DNA of 64,000 nucleotides from the NCBI GenBank assembly GCA_002011125.2, contig MTMF02000009.1:1704989-1768988 (forward strand), given 5' to 3'. Positions 1 through 9,887 of this stretch are shown here, one piece after another (position 1 is the stretch's first letter; every line of letters begins with the position of its first letter). The notes under the pieces are model-generated. The model saw nothing but the letters and a program-made list of their open reading frames with translations, was not told the DNA's origin and did no database searches. The stretch is from Candidatus Hydrothermarchaeum profundi (lineage in GTDB: Archaea > Hydrothermarchaeota > Hydrothermarchaeia > Hydrothermarchaeales > Hydrothermarchaeaceae). The position numbers and the translations under genes are program-made.

Positions 1-84
1 AATGCTCCCAGATCCTAATGCTTCTTTTATCTCATCTATCGCTTCTTTTTCAAATCCGCTCGGCGTAGTTACTAAAAAATGCAC
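1..84 (-). CDS. THUMP-domain protein, N-terminal fragment (runs off window start); not in ORF track
   Basis: GTG at 84 overlaps the thiI stop (TAGTG); reads MHFLVTTPSGFEKEAIDEIKEALGSGSI, typical of THUMP-protein N-termini. Confidence 0.65.
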   Translation of the reverse strand, partial: MHFLVTTPSGFEKEAIDEIKEALGSGSI

Positions 85-1208
85 TATCCTACCTCTACTA
101 CTCTTGCTCTTTCAACTGCTTTATTAATAAGACCGTCTATAGCAGTGTCTTTTTCAGCCTCTATAACCTTCTCAAGTTTTGCTCTCGTTTCAGGATATTT
201 AGGAGGACCCCAGCAACATGCGACCGTCTCGGTAGAAGGCTCATAGGTGCCTATTTTTTTTGCTATCCCTATTATTTCATTTTTATCGAAGGCTAAAAGA
301 GGTCTAAATACAGGTATCTCAACCGCTCTATCTACTGCGTACAAGTTATCCATAGTTTGACTCGCTACTTGGCCTAGATTCTCCCCCGTCACTAGAGCCT
401 TTGCTCCCTCCTTTTTTGCGATTTTCTCTCCAATCTTCAACATACTTCTCTTGCAAAGAACGCAGGTTAGTCTACCGCTTTCTCTAATCTTTGATAAGAC
501 ATCCCCATAAGGAACCAAATAGGTTTTAATTTTCTGGTTTCTCCATTCCGCTAGCTTTTTTATAGTGTTAAACGCCCTTTCTCTTGCTCCTTCTCCGAAA
601 ATCTCTGAGCTATCCATGTATAAGCATACCGGATCTACACCCCTTTTCATCATCATCCAAGTTGCGACGGGCGAATCTATTCCTCCACTCACCAGCGCGA
701 TAGCCTTTCCCTGAGTACCAACTGGCAATCCTCCAACGCCTCGTATTATCTCATCAAAAATGTAAGCGTCTTCATTTCTAACTTCCACATAAATAGTTAT
801 ATCAGGAGCCTTTAGATTCACCTTTGCAGAAGTTGCTTCCCTTATCGCCGCTCCTAATTTATTTTCTAGGTCTTTGCTAGTGTAGGGGAGGTCACCTACC
901 CGCCGGGCTCTAACAGCAAAAGTTTTACCCGCATCAATCTTTTTTACAGCCAACTCAACGCCTATTTGGATTATTTCATCAAGATCCGAAGAGGTTTTTA
1001 AAGCTACAGACGTTGACACTACCCCAAACACCTTGGATATTTTCTCAGCATCTTCTCTGGAATCGGAATCTACGAAGATCCTCCCATATTCTCTGAATAC
1101 TTTAATTTCTCCTATAGCCTCCTTGATATTCTTTATAAGCCTAGCTTCAATTGTCCTTCTAGTCTGCCTAGATTTTGTTCCAATTTCGCCATATCTCACG
1201 ATAATCAT
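84..1208 (-). CDS. thiI: tRNA 4-thiouridine(8) synthase ThiI, no rhodanese domain
   Basis: IVRYGEIGTKS N-terminus, THUMP domain, PP-loop SGGIDS, CVLC motif, GENLGQVASQT. Confidence 0.95.
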   Translation of the reverse strand: MIIVRYGEIGTKSRQTRRTIEARLIKNIKEAIGEIKVFREYGRIFVDSDSREDAEKISKVFGVVSTSVALKTSSDLDEIIQIGVELAVKKIDAGKTFAVRARRVGDLPYTSKDLENKLGAAIREATSAKVNLKAPDITIYVEVRNEDAYIFDEIIRGVGGLPVGTQGKAIALVSGGIDSPVATWMMMKRGVDPVCLYMDSSEIFGEGARERAFNTIKKLAEWRNQKIKTYLVPYGDVLSKIRESGRLTCVLCKRSMLKIGEKIAKKEGAKALVTGENLGQVASQTMDNLYAVDRAVEIPVFRPLLAFDKNEIIGIAKKIGTYEPSTETVACCWGPPKYPETRAKLEKVIEAEKDTAIDGLINKAVERARVVEVG

Positions 1209-1410
1209 AGGAGCAACTCACTCGAATACTTATTCCCAGCATGAGAATATTAAAACTTCCGTTTAAAAATGCTTCAGTATTTCCAGCTTAACGGATATTT
1301 TGTTATACAGATAGTTTAAAGTTTTTATGGGATATTTTTTAGCCAGAATATTTACATGCAAAATTTTATAAAGAATAAAAGTGATAGTGATGCTACTGTT
1401 TTTAGAATTC

Positions 1411-1439
1411 AACCAGATTTAGCGTAGCTAATTCTGGTT
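1411..1439. promoter_or_regulatory. 13-bp inverted repeat (1 mismatch, 3-nt spacer) 20 nt upstream of purA
   Basis: aaccagatttagc-gta-gctaattctggtt. Confidence 0.45.
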
Positions 1440-1459
1440 ATTGTAGTGAAGGTGAAATC

Positions 1460-2470
1460 GTGGCAACAATATTAGTTGGAGGACAGTGGGGAGATGAGGG
1501 GAAAGGGAAGATTGTGAGTTATCTTTGTCTTAAAGATAAGCCAGACATCATTGCTAGAGCCGGAGTAGGGCCTAATGCCGGTCACACTGTGATATATAAG
1601 GGCAAAAAGTATCCCCTCAGACTTACTCCATCCGGATTCATCTATGAAAAAGCTCGCCTCTTGATAGGAGCAGGCGTATTAGTAAACCCAGAGGTTATAC
1701 TGAAAGAAATCCAAGACCTGGGCATCTCAGATAGGATAGGCATAGACAAGAGATGCGGTATAATCGAGGAGAAACACATTAAAAGAGACAAGAGTTCTGG
1801 ACATCTAGCTAAAACCATCGGTAGTACAGGCACAGGCTGTGGACCTGCCAATATTGATAGAGCAAACCGGAGTTTAAAATTGGCTCAGGATATCGAGATT
1901 CTCAAGCCCTATTTGACAGATGTCCCCTTAGAAATAAACCAGGGGTTAGATAATGGAAAAAAAGTACTAGTAGAAGGTTCTCAAGGATTTGGCCTCAGCC
2001 TATTTTATGGCACTTACCCTTATGTGACTTCTAAGGATACAAACGCAGGGATGGCAGCTGTCGATGTAGGAATAGGGCCGCGCAGAGTCAAGGATGTTAT
2101 AGTTGTTTTTAAGACTTTTCCTAGCCGTGTAGGAGAGGGACCTTTTCCGACAGAGATGACGATGGAAGAAGCCGAGAGACTTGGAATAGTAGAATATGGA
2201 ACAGTCACTGGTAGGAGAAGGCGCTCCGGTAGATTTGATTTTGAGATGGCTAAGTATTCTGTGATGATAAACTCAGCTAGCCAAATTGCTTTGACCTGCC
2301 TTGACTACCTTGATAGAGAAATTAAGGGAGTTAAGTCTTACGACGAGCTTTCAAGTAAAGCTAAAAGTTTCGTAGAAGAAGTGGAGAAAAAAATGGGAGT
2401 CCCTGTAACCCTTATTTCAACGGGACCTGATATAGAGGAAACAATAGATCTAAGGGAAGAAAAGCTATGA
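1460..2470 (+). CDS. purA: adenylosuccinate synthetase, short archaeal form
   Basis: [29 protein letters not shown]. Confidence 0.97.
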   Translation: MATILVGGQWGDEGKGKIVSYLCLKDKPDIIARAGVGPNAGHTVIYKGKKYPLRLTPSGFIYEKARLLIGAGVLVNPEVILKEIQDLGISDRIGIDKRCGIIEEKHIKRDKSSGHLAKTIGSTGTGCGPANIDRANRSLKLAQDIEILKPYLTDVPLEINQGLDNGKKVLVEGSQGFGLSLFYGTYPYVTSKDTNAGMAAVDVGIGPRRVKDVIVVFKTFPSRVGEGPFPTEMTMEEAERLGIVEYGTVTGRRRRSGRFDFEMAKYSVMINSASQIALTCLDYLDREIKGVKSYDELSSKAKSFVEEVEKKMGVPVTLISTGPDIEETIDLREEKL

Positions 2471-4083
2471 CTAATTTCATAATTATAACCGGGGGAGTCC
2501 TCTCAGGATTAGGGAAAGGAGTTAGCACTGCAGCAATAGGTAAAATCCTTTCCAGCAGGGGGATTTCTGTAGACGTTTGTAAGATAGACCCGTACCTCAA
2601 CGTAGATCCAGGACTTATGAACCCCTTCCAGCATGGAGAAGTGTGGGTTACTAAAGATGGATATGAAGCTGATCTCGATTTTGGTCATTATGAACGCTTT
2701 CTTGATGTCGAGTTAGGCCGGGATCATAATATAACCACAGGAAAAGTTTATCTTTCGGTTTTAGAAGGCGAGAGAAAGGGGAAATACCTTGGTCAAACAG
2801 TACAGATTATCCCTCACGTTACCGATGAGATTAAAAGGCAGATATATGAAATAGCTAGGATTAACAACCCGGATGTCCTATTAGTTGAGATAGGTGGTAC
2901 TACTGGAGACATAGAAAGCATGCCTTTCCTCGAGGCTATGCGGCAAATGAGGATGGAGATGGGCAAAGAAAATGTTCTCTTTGTCCATGTTACCCTAGTA
3001 CCCACCCTAAAGGCTGTAGGAGAACAGAAAACTAAGCCCACACAGCATAGTGTTAAAGAGCTCAGAGGTATAGGTATACAACCTGATATCCTCATATGCC
3101 GTACCGAAGAAGAACTTTTAGAGGCAACTAAAGCAAAACTGGCCTTATTTTGCGATGTAAGTAAGCTAGATGTGATTAGCAATCATGATGTAGATACCAT
3201 TTATGAGGTACCCTTAGTTATGGAAAAGCAGGGGCTAGGGGATAACATTCTAAGTAAGCTGAATTTAAGGGAAAGAAAACATGACCTTAAAGATTGGGAG
3301 AAACTAGTTTATAAAATTAAAAATCCTAAGACAAATGTAAGTATCGCGGTAGTTGGTAAATATACAGGCCTACGAGACTCGTATATTAGTATAACCGAGG
3401 CTTTGAGGCATGCTGGAACTGCTAATGATGCACGAGTTGACATTCTTTGGGTAGAATCTTTAGATCTCGAGGAGGATCCATCTAAGGTATGGGAATTGGA
3501 AAAAGCTGACGGCATCTTAGTTCCAGGAGGATTTGGTAAGCGAGGGGCAGAAGGGAAGATTCTTGCCATTAAATATGCGAGAGAAAATAATATACCCTAC
3601 CTTGGTATCTGTTTTGGCTTCCAGCTGGCAGTAGTAGAGTTTGCTAGAAATGTGGCAGGACTTAAAGGAGCCAATAGCGTAGAGCTTGATGAAGATACGC
3701 CTCATCCGGTAATAGACCTGCTTCCAGAACAAAAGAGAGTGAAACAGATGGGAGGAACAATGAGGCTTGGAGAGATTCCCATTATAATAGAACCAGATAC
3801 CTTGGCTTACGAGATATATAAGAAGCAAAAAATTGGTGAACGACATAGGCACAGATACGAGGTAAACCCAGATTACATTGAGGAGCTGGAAAAACATGGG
3901 CTATGTTTTTCTGCAAAAAGTGACCGTGGGAGGAGAATGGAGATTCTAGAAATCCCTGATCACTTTCATTTCCTAGCTACTCAGTTCCATCCAGAGTTTA
4001 AGTCTCGGCCAATTAGGCCCGCACCTGTTTTCAAGGCTTTTGTGGAAGCGGCTCTACGGAGGAAAAATGATGTTCGATCCTAA
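2467..4083 (+). CDS. pyrG: CTP synthase
   Basis: [47 protein letters not shown]. Confidence 0.98.
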   Translation: MTNFIIITGGVLSGLGKGVSTAAIGKILSSRGISVDVCKIDPYLNVDPGLMNPFQHGEVWVTKDGYEADLDFGHYERFLDVELGRDHNITTGKVYLSVLEGERKGKYLGQTVQIIPHVTDEIKRQIYEIARINNPDVLLVEIGGTTGDIESMPFLEAMRQMRMEMGKENVLFVHVTLVPTLKAVGEQKTKPTQHSVKELRGIGIQPDILICRTEEELLEATKAKLALFCDVSKLDVISNHDVDTIYEVPLVMEKQGLGDNILSKLNLRERKHDLKDWEKLVYKIKNPKTNVSIAVVGKYTGLRDSYISITEALRHAGTANDARVDILWVESLDLEEDPSKVWELEKADGILVPGGFGKRGAEGKILAIKYARENNIPYLGICFGFQLAVVEFARNVAGLKGANSVELDEDTPHPVIDLLPEQKRVKQMGGTMRLGEIPIIIEPDTLAYEIYKKQKIGERHRHRYEVNPDYIEELEKHGLCFSAKSDRGRRMEILEIPDHFHFLATQFHPEFKSRPIRPAPVFKAFVEAALRRKNDVRS

Positions 4084-4999
4084 GAAATTTATTGAGGACG
4101 CAATAAAAGAGATAAGAGAACAAGTCGATAACAAAACCGCTATCATAGCGTTGTCAGGGGGAGTAGATAGTTCAACCGCGGCAGTATTAGCCCATAAAGC
4201 TATTGGTAAACATCTAGTTGCGGTCTACGTAGATCATGGTTTCATGCGGAAAGGAGAGAAAGAAGAGGTAATATCGGTCTTCCGTAATAAGCTTGGAATG
4301 AACTTAGTAGTAGTAGATGCGAGAGAAAGATTTTTTAAAGCTCTAAAAAGGGTACGAGAACCCGAACAAAAAAGAAAAATAATTGGAGAGGAATTCATTA
4401 AAGTCTTCGAAGAAGAAGCTAGAAAAGTCGGTGCAGAGTTTTTAGTCCAGGGCACAATAGCTCCAGACTGGATCGAGAGTATGGGGGGGATAAAGAGCCA
4501 TCATAATGTGGCAGGTCTGCCTTCAGGCATGGTCCTGAAGTTATGTGAGCCTCTGCGAGATCTTTATAAAGACGAGGTAAGGAAAGTTGCACGAGAACTA
4601 GGGCTACCGCCTAGCATAACTGAGAGGATGCCGTTTCCAGGGCCGGGGTTAGCGGTTCGGGTTATCGGAGAAGTTACTCCGGAGAAAGTAGAAATTGTGA
4701 GGCTTGCTAACGCTATCGTAGAAGAGGAGATCTCAAAAGCAGGGCTTCAGCCCTGGCAGGCTCTAGCATGCTTATTGGAAGGAAAAACTGTTGGAGTAAA
4801 AGGGGATATCCGGGACTATGGGTATACGATAGCAGTTAGGGCTGTCGAATCGGTTGATGCTATGACGGCTAATGCCATGGAACTTCCATGGGAAGTGCTT
4901 AAAAGGATTCAGAAAAGGATTACTAGGGAGATCCCTGATGTTACTAGGGTTTTGTATGATATAACTGATAAACCCCCCGCTACTATTGAGTTTGAGTAA
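4067..4999 (+). CDS. guaAB: GMP synthase subunit B (ATP pyrophosphatase)
   Basis: [34 protein letters not shown]; no GATase domain; ATG at 4067 after GGAGG. Confidence 0.95.
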   Translation: MMFDPKKFIEDAIKEIREQVDNKTAIIALSGGVDSSTAAVLAHKAIGKHLVAVYVDHGFMRKGEKEEVISVFRNKLGMNLVVVDARERFFKALKRVREPEQKRKIIGEEFIKVFEEEARKVGAEFLVQGTIAPDWIESMGGIKSHHNVAGLPSGMVLKLCEPLRDLYKDEVRKVARELGLPPSITERMPFPGPGLAVRVIGEVTPEKVEIVRLANAIVEEEISKAGLQPWQALACLLEGKTVGVKGDIRDYGYTIAVRAVESVDAMTANAMELPWEVLKRIQKRITREIPDVTRVLYDITDKPPATIEFE

Positions 5000-6473
5000 C
5001 ATTAATCTCGCCAATCCAGACGTCACTTATCACTTCTCTTCGAAGAGCAAATACTAGCAGTTTTCCTGTGTGAGGATAACTTGCTACCACGGATATTGAG
5101 ATGTTCTTTTCTTCACCAGGCAACACTTCTGTATCATAAGTCTTCCATATACCTTTTGCAATATGAGTGCGACTTAAAAATATACTCGTACTTCCCCCGG
5201 TTCTCAAGATCTGTGGCATATCGCCTTCGAATAATAGCAAGGAGATATTACCCCCTTTTTCTCCCATATTCTTTATCCTTATAAGTATTTGCGAGGTTTT
5301 ATTGACTTTCATTTCAGGTATCTTAACATCTAGTATTTTCGGAGATATCCTAAGTCCCTTGACGGTAGCATTTACTACTTTACTGTCAATCAAATCGTTA
5401 AAGTAATATAGATCTACTCCAAACCGCCTCTCCCCCGGCTGCCCGAAAGAAGCATTATAGAAATACGTTAAGTTAGTATGGGGATCAAGAGCAACAGATG
5501 CCTGGGTTATTGCGCCGGTAGTGCTCGAGAAAACCAACAAAAGTTGCATCGAGAAATTTTCCCTATTTTCTATATCGAATATTAGCGTATTATCCTCCCC
5601 TGCATATAATTCCGGGATATGGATATCTGTAATCCTCACGTTTGGCTTTCTCACGATTAGTGTGGAATTTTTTTGCGTTAATACCTGCCCTCTCCATAAA
5701 ATGACAGAAGTATAATCCTGTTTTCCACTTTTATGCGGTGTTATATTGAGATAATAAATATTCCTACCTCTAGGTAGATATAGCCCCTGCCTCCTAATCC
5801 CACCACCTTCAGAAGAGATGACAATAGTAGTATTCACTCCCACTATCCCCTTATTGATAAGTTCTAAAGCAACTGTGGCATTTCTGCCTAATACTACATC
5901 CCCCTCTACATGCATATCAACTATTTCTACCTCTGGTGGCGCAGTACCAGATAAGACGGGAGTAATGCTGCCTTCTATCACTGCTCCTACCACCAGAACA
6001 AGTGCAACGACTATGAAATACTTTAGGGGTATTACATCATCCCGCTCTAGTCCTTCAATATTACGTAATCCTATCGCTCCACTTACGATTATAGCAGGTA
6101 TCTCCAGTATCCCATGGGGGAGAATGCTTAATAGGGTCTGTGAAATCCCTATCTTTAAGGTAGCTCCAATGAAAAAGCCTGTTGTAAACCCGTTTAAAAA
6201 TAAGATAACTGTGGGCATGAGATATATTAAAGCAGCGCCTCCAGGATCTTTCTTAAGACCGAGTAATCTCCAAGCCAGTACTGGACCATACGCAGTAACG
6301 TAGGCTGCCAGAAGATTGTTTCCAATGATAATGAGCGTGTCCTGATTAAAGTCTACTAGGAGAAACTTCCAAGCAATGAAAGCCGGAGGCTCTTCTTTTA
6401 ATAAACCCACAATGATACCTAATAATAGTCCGCCAGTAAAGAGTATTGTTGCCGCCTTTATATGGGATTTCAT
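4983..6473 (-). CDS. SpoIIM/DUF95-like membrane domain fused to about three CARDB/Ig-like domains
   Basis: N-terminal TM helices with NGF..GF and [18 protein letters not shown]; C-terminal beta-rich repeats with L.N.G motifs. Confidence 0.7.
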   Translation of the reverse strand: MKSHIKAATILFTGGLLLGIIVGLLKEEPPAFIAWKFLLVDFNQDTLIIIGNNLLAAYVTAYGPVLAWRLLGLKKDPGGAALIYLMPTVILFLNGFTTGFFIGATLKIGISQTLLSILPHGILEIPAIIVSGAIGLRNIEGLERDDVIPLKYFIVVALVLVVGAVIEGSITPVLSGTAPPEVEIVDMHVEGDVVLGRNATVALELINKGIVGVNTTIVISSEGGGIRRQGLYLPRGRNIYYLNITPHKSGKQDYTSVILWRGQVLTQKNSTLIVRKPNVRITDIHIPELYAGEDNTLIFDIENRENFSMQLLLVFSSTTGAITQASVALDPHTNLTYFYNASFGQPGERRFGVDLYYFNDLIDSKVVNATVKGLRISPKILDVKIPEMKVNKTSQILIRIKNMGEKGGNISLLLFEGDMPQILRTGGSTSIFLSRTHIAKGIWKTYDTEVLPGEEKNISISVVASYPHTGKLLVFALRREVISDVWIGEINVTQTQ

Positions 6474-6640
6474 GGCTAAAAAAATAAGTTAAAAGTATAT
6501 ATCCCTTTGGTAGCCTATTTCTGTAACTTATTGGAGGTATAAGAGTTTGTAATATACAAGGCCTTAAGCGATGCTAACAGCCGAATGCAAGACAACACAC
6601 CAAAGTTGCAAAGAATTCAAGAAGCGGTTTAGAAAAAATA

Positions 6641-7753
6641 TTAATCCTTAATAAAAATCCTTCCATTGTCTTTTTCAATAATTTTTCCTTTAACTTCAGT
6701 GTTTATTAGAACAATTGTTGAATTGCCTTTTGCTATAACATCTCCCCTTATTTTAGAATTTTTTATCTCAAAATAATTGTTTTCGTTTGCTATTACAACA
6801 TTAGAAACAATATTTTCATAGAATTGCCTGCCATTGCCCCCATTATGGTTTATGTCATCTATATCTGAATTTTTCACATAAAGTGTATTATCATCCCATA
6901 CATTGAAACACCATCCTCTTGAAGAAACATTCTCTAGATAAATTTCCGTGCCTCCATATTCTATTACTCTTTTCTCATACACCACGCCCTTTCTCAGATT
7001 ATTAAAATAAAAAGTTTCATTGATATATGGCCAAAGGATAGGCATACAGAAATTTACATCACGAGAATCACTAAGATAAACTTTCCCCCTAGGAGCTATA
7101 CCTATGCCCCAGTGAATAATATTAGAATCCTCTATATCAATTAAGTAGTTTATATTTTTCTCCCTCTCATTTGGGAATACAAATTTATCAACATACCCAG
7201 GGACTAAGTGAGATTCGTTAATTGTAGAATTCTCATAAACGTATAACTCTAATGCCAATTCATGTGAGTTTCTAATAATAAATTTTGGGCTATCACTAAT
7301 AGCAGTTCCTCCAAAATTAGTGTTATAAACATAAGCAGTAGCATTTTCAAAAAGTCCATGCCAAGGATTCCCACTATTTTTATTTGTATTATTGTAAATA
7401 ATCTGCGAATTTCCGCCAAAATCCCAATCAATCCAGCTACTGGTTCTAAGTATAGAATTCTCAAAAATTACCTTTGAACTGTCATTTGCTTTCAAAGTGT
7501 ATGCTTGCGCCCCATGACCTTCATGAGAAAAATAAGAATCCCGAACTATCAACTCTGCATTATCTGAGAGAATAATATCATTCCTTTGGATATATTTAGC
7601 GTCAATGATCTCAAGCCTTTGATTATCTGAAAGGATGAGAGGCTCTGTATTTATTATTTTTTTAGAATATTGCCATTCAGTAAAATATGCAACCACAAGA
7701 AATAGGAAGAATAAAAACAATAAAATTATTAGGATACCATGCTTTAAATTCAT
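6641..7753 (-). CDS. secreted or membrane-anchored Asn/Ile-rich protein, probable beta-helix; AT-rich
   Basis: N-terminal hydrophobic anchor; repeated short beta motifs (ILSDN, I.NS.I); visibly lower GC than flanking genes. Confidence 0.6.
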   Translation of the reverse strand: MNLKHGILIILLFLFFLFLVVAYFTEWQYSKKIINTEPLILSDNQRLEIIDAKYIQRNDIILSDNAELIVRDSYFSHEGHGAQAYTLKANDSSKVIFENSILRTSSWIDWDFGGNSQIIYNNTNKNSGNPWHGLFENATAYVYNTNFGGTAISDSPKFIIRNSHELALELYVYENSTINESHLVPGYVDKFVFPNEREKNINYLIDIEDSNIIHWGIGIAPRGKVYLSDSRDVNFCMPILWPYINETFYFNNLRKGVVYEKRVIEYGGTEIYLENVSSRGWCFNVWDDNTLYVKNSDIDDINHNGGNGRQFYENIVSNVVIANENNYFEIKNSKIRGDVIAKGNSTIVLINTEVKGKIIEKDNGRIFIKD

Positions 7754-8053
7754 AACAATAAAATTATTTAATTCCTTAAAAAATCTCCTTTTTGAAGCGA
7801 ACTCCCGGGTTTCTGCTAACGAATATTTATAGAGCCAGATAACATGATTATTTTCTTAAACTCGTATATTGAAAAAGCTCTTAATCTAATGTTGGAGAGG
7901 CATATATTAGTAGGTAGACAAGAAGTATTCTTGCCAAATAGACAAGTTTTTCTCTGGTTTTGAAAGGATTTCTAAAATCTAGCAAAACTTAGGTGAGATT
8001 TGCTTTCGTACCCAGATAAAAGCAAACAACATTAAGTTAACAAAACCGGTAGC

Positions 8054-8809
8054 CTAGCGCGCCTCTTGATTTATAATTTTTAGGAAAAGTTCCTCGTATT
8101 CGTGAGGTTCTATCAGAAACCTGAGATAGGATGGGTTCTTCCTTATTAGTCCATACATTTCACGGTTCTTTTTAAGCCCTATCTCAGAATAATTAGCAGG
8201 CTTTATAAATCGTAATTCCGGTATTTCTCCATAGTTAGTGTTTTTCACAAATCTATGTCCCTCTATCTCGAAATAAGCGGCTCCCCCTCTCTTCTTGTAC
8301 GGTTCATAGATAGAGGAGAAATGTCTAGCTACAAAGTTAGCCATCTTTAAAACCTTATTAGAGGGATTCACAGTTACATGACCATAATTTGGAGGCACGA
8401 TGACCTTATCGCCTTTGCCTGCTTTAACCACAGCAACATCGAGTAATCTGCCGTTCTCTTCTTTCTGGAGGATATAGTGGGCTTCACCCTCCAATACTTC
8501 GTAAACCTCGGTATATGATAGGGAGGTACCTTGAATTAGGGGATGGTAGTGACCTAAGGTCTTAACGAATTCCTTTCCCAGCATCCCAGGGGGTATAACA
8601 GTTATATCGTATCTCAAGCCATTGTCAAGCAGGATTTCCCTATCTCTTTTACTGAGATATAGGTCCCTATACATATAGTATACTTCAAAATCATCGGCCC
8701 TAGCTAACCAATCTTTATCGTAGATTACATCCCGTAAGTTGTATAACCTCCTCACATCTGATGCTATCTCTCGATTTCCTAATCGCATTGTAAACTTATT
8801 TATGGCCAT
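8054..8809 (-). CDS. pgiA: cupin-type archaeal glucose-6-phosphate isomerase
   Basis: LRYDITVIPPG, KTLGHYH, EVYEVLEG, VPPNYGHVTVN. Confidence 0.85.
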   Translation of the reverse strand: MAINKFTMRLGNREIASDVRRLYNLRDVIYDKDWLARADDFEVYYMYRDLYLSKRDREILLDNGLRYDITVIPPGMLGKEFVKTLGHYHPLIQGTSLSYTEVYEVLEGEAHYILQKEENGRLLDVAVVKAGKGDKVIVPPNYGHVTVNPSNKVLKMANFVARHFSSIYEPYKKRGGAAYFEIEGHRFVKNTNYGEIPELRFIKPANYSEIGLKKNREMYGLIRKNPSYLRFLIEPHEYEELFLKIINQEAR

Positions 8810-8826
8810 TTTATAAAGATAAGAAA

Positions 8827-9792
8827 TTGATGGCAGTTAAAATCTTTTCCCATGGAGATGCTGATGGCATTTGCGCTGCTTCATTAATTACATCCGTATA
8901 TCCTGACTGTGAGATTTGGATCACCAGTCCAGTAGGACTTCTCAAAGATCTTAAGGAAACCGAGGCAGGGGACGTATTCATTTGCGACGTTGCGATTTCT
9001 GAGAGGGATAAAAAGGAACTTTTTGAAGAGTTTGCTAGGATTAGAGAGAAAGGGAGAATAACATATATCGACCATCATCCTCTACCATTAGGCATTATGA
9101 GAGCTGACGTACCTGCTAGCAGAGTAATTACAAGTTCGTTGAAGTCCACCTCAGAGTTAACATATCAGATGCTACAAGATAACCTGCCTAAAACGATGGA
9201 CAGGGTAGCTCTCTTTGGTGCTATTTCTGATTACTGCGATGAAACCGAGTTTGTTTTAAGATCCCTTGATATATATGATAAGAGGACTATATACTTTGAG
9301 GCAGGCCTATTATCTCAATGTCTTGGAGCGGTTAAAGGAGACTATCCCTTCAAAAAGGAGATAATTAGGCATCTTGCAGAAGGAGAACTCCCCAGCGAGA
9401 TCAATGAAGTAGTTAAAATGGCGATTAAAGCAACTAAAAAGGAGTGGAAACTGTATAACTACGTTGATAAAAAAGTCTCAATCCATAATGGTATAGCGGT
9501 TGTATCAGATGTTCCACAGGGACTCTCTCCAACTAAAGCAGCCAAATTCGCTATGGGTATAACCGGTTCTAGGATCGGGGTAAGTACTAAAAGTAGAAAT
9601 AAGCATGTTGATGTAAGTGTGAGGAAAAGAAGGGATTTCCCACTTGACTTAAATAGGACTCTTAGAAATATTGCATTACGTTTTAACGGTACAGGTGGCG
9701 GCCACCCAAACGCCGCTGGTGCTAGAATCCCCCAAGAGAACCTCAATAATTTTATAGAGTTTCTAGCAAGAGAGGTATCCTCAATAAGCTGA
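8827..9792 (+). CDS. DHH-family phosphoesterase with DHHA1 domain
   Basis: HGDADG, YIDHH, GGGHPNAAG. Confidence 0.9.
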   Translation: MMAVKIFSHGDADGICAASLITSVYPDCEIWITSPVGLLKDLKETEAGDVFICDVAISERDKKELFEEFARIREKGRITYIDHHPLPLGIMRADVPASRVITSSLKSTSELTYQMLQDNLPKTMDRVALFGAISDYCDETEFVLRSLDIYDKRTIYFEAGLLSQCLGAVKGDYPFKKEIIRHLAEGELPSEINEVVKMAIKATKKEWKLYNYVDKKVSIHNGIAVVSDVPQGLSPTKAAKFAMGITGSRIGVSTKSRNKHVDVSVRKRRDFPLDLNRTLRNIALRFNGTGGGHPNAAGARIPQENLNNFIEFLAREVSSIS

Positions 9793-9887
9793 AATCGCTA
9801 ATTTTCCTGTTTTAACGAATGAAATGTATGTCGGGAAGAATATTAGATAATATTGTAATTTCTCATGTTACTGGAAGAGAATAAAAT

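Noticed and set aside
7999-8026. Inverted repeat tttgcttt...aaagcaaa
   Set aside because: Short, AT-rich and with a long loop; not distinguishable from chance.
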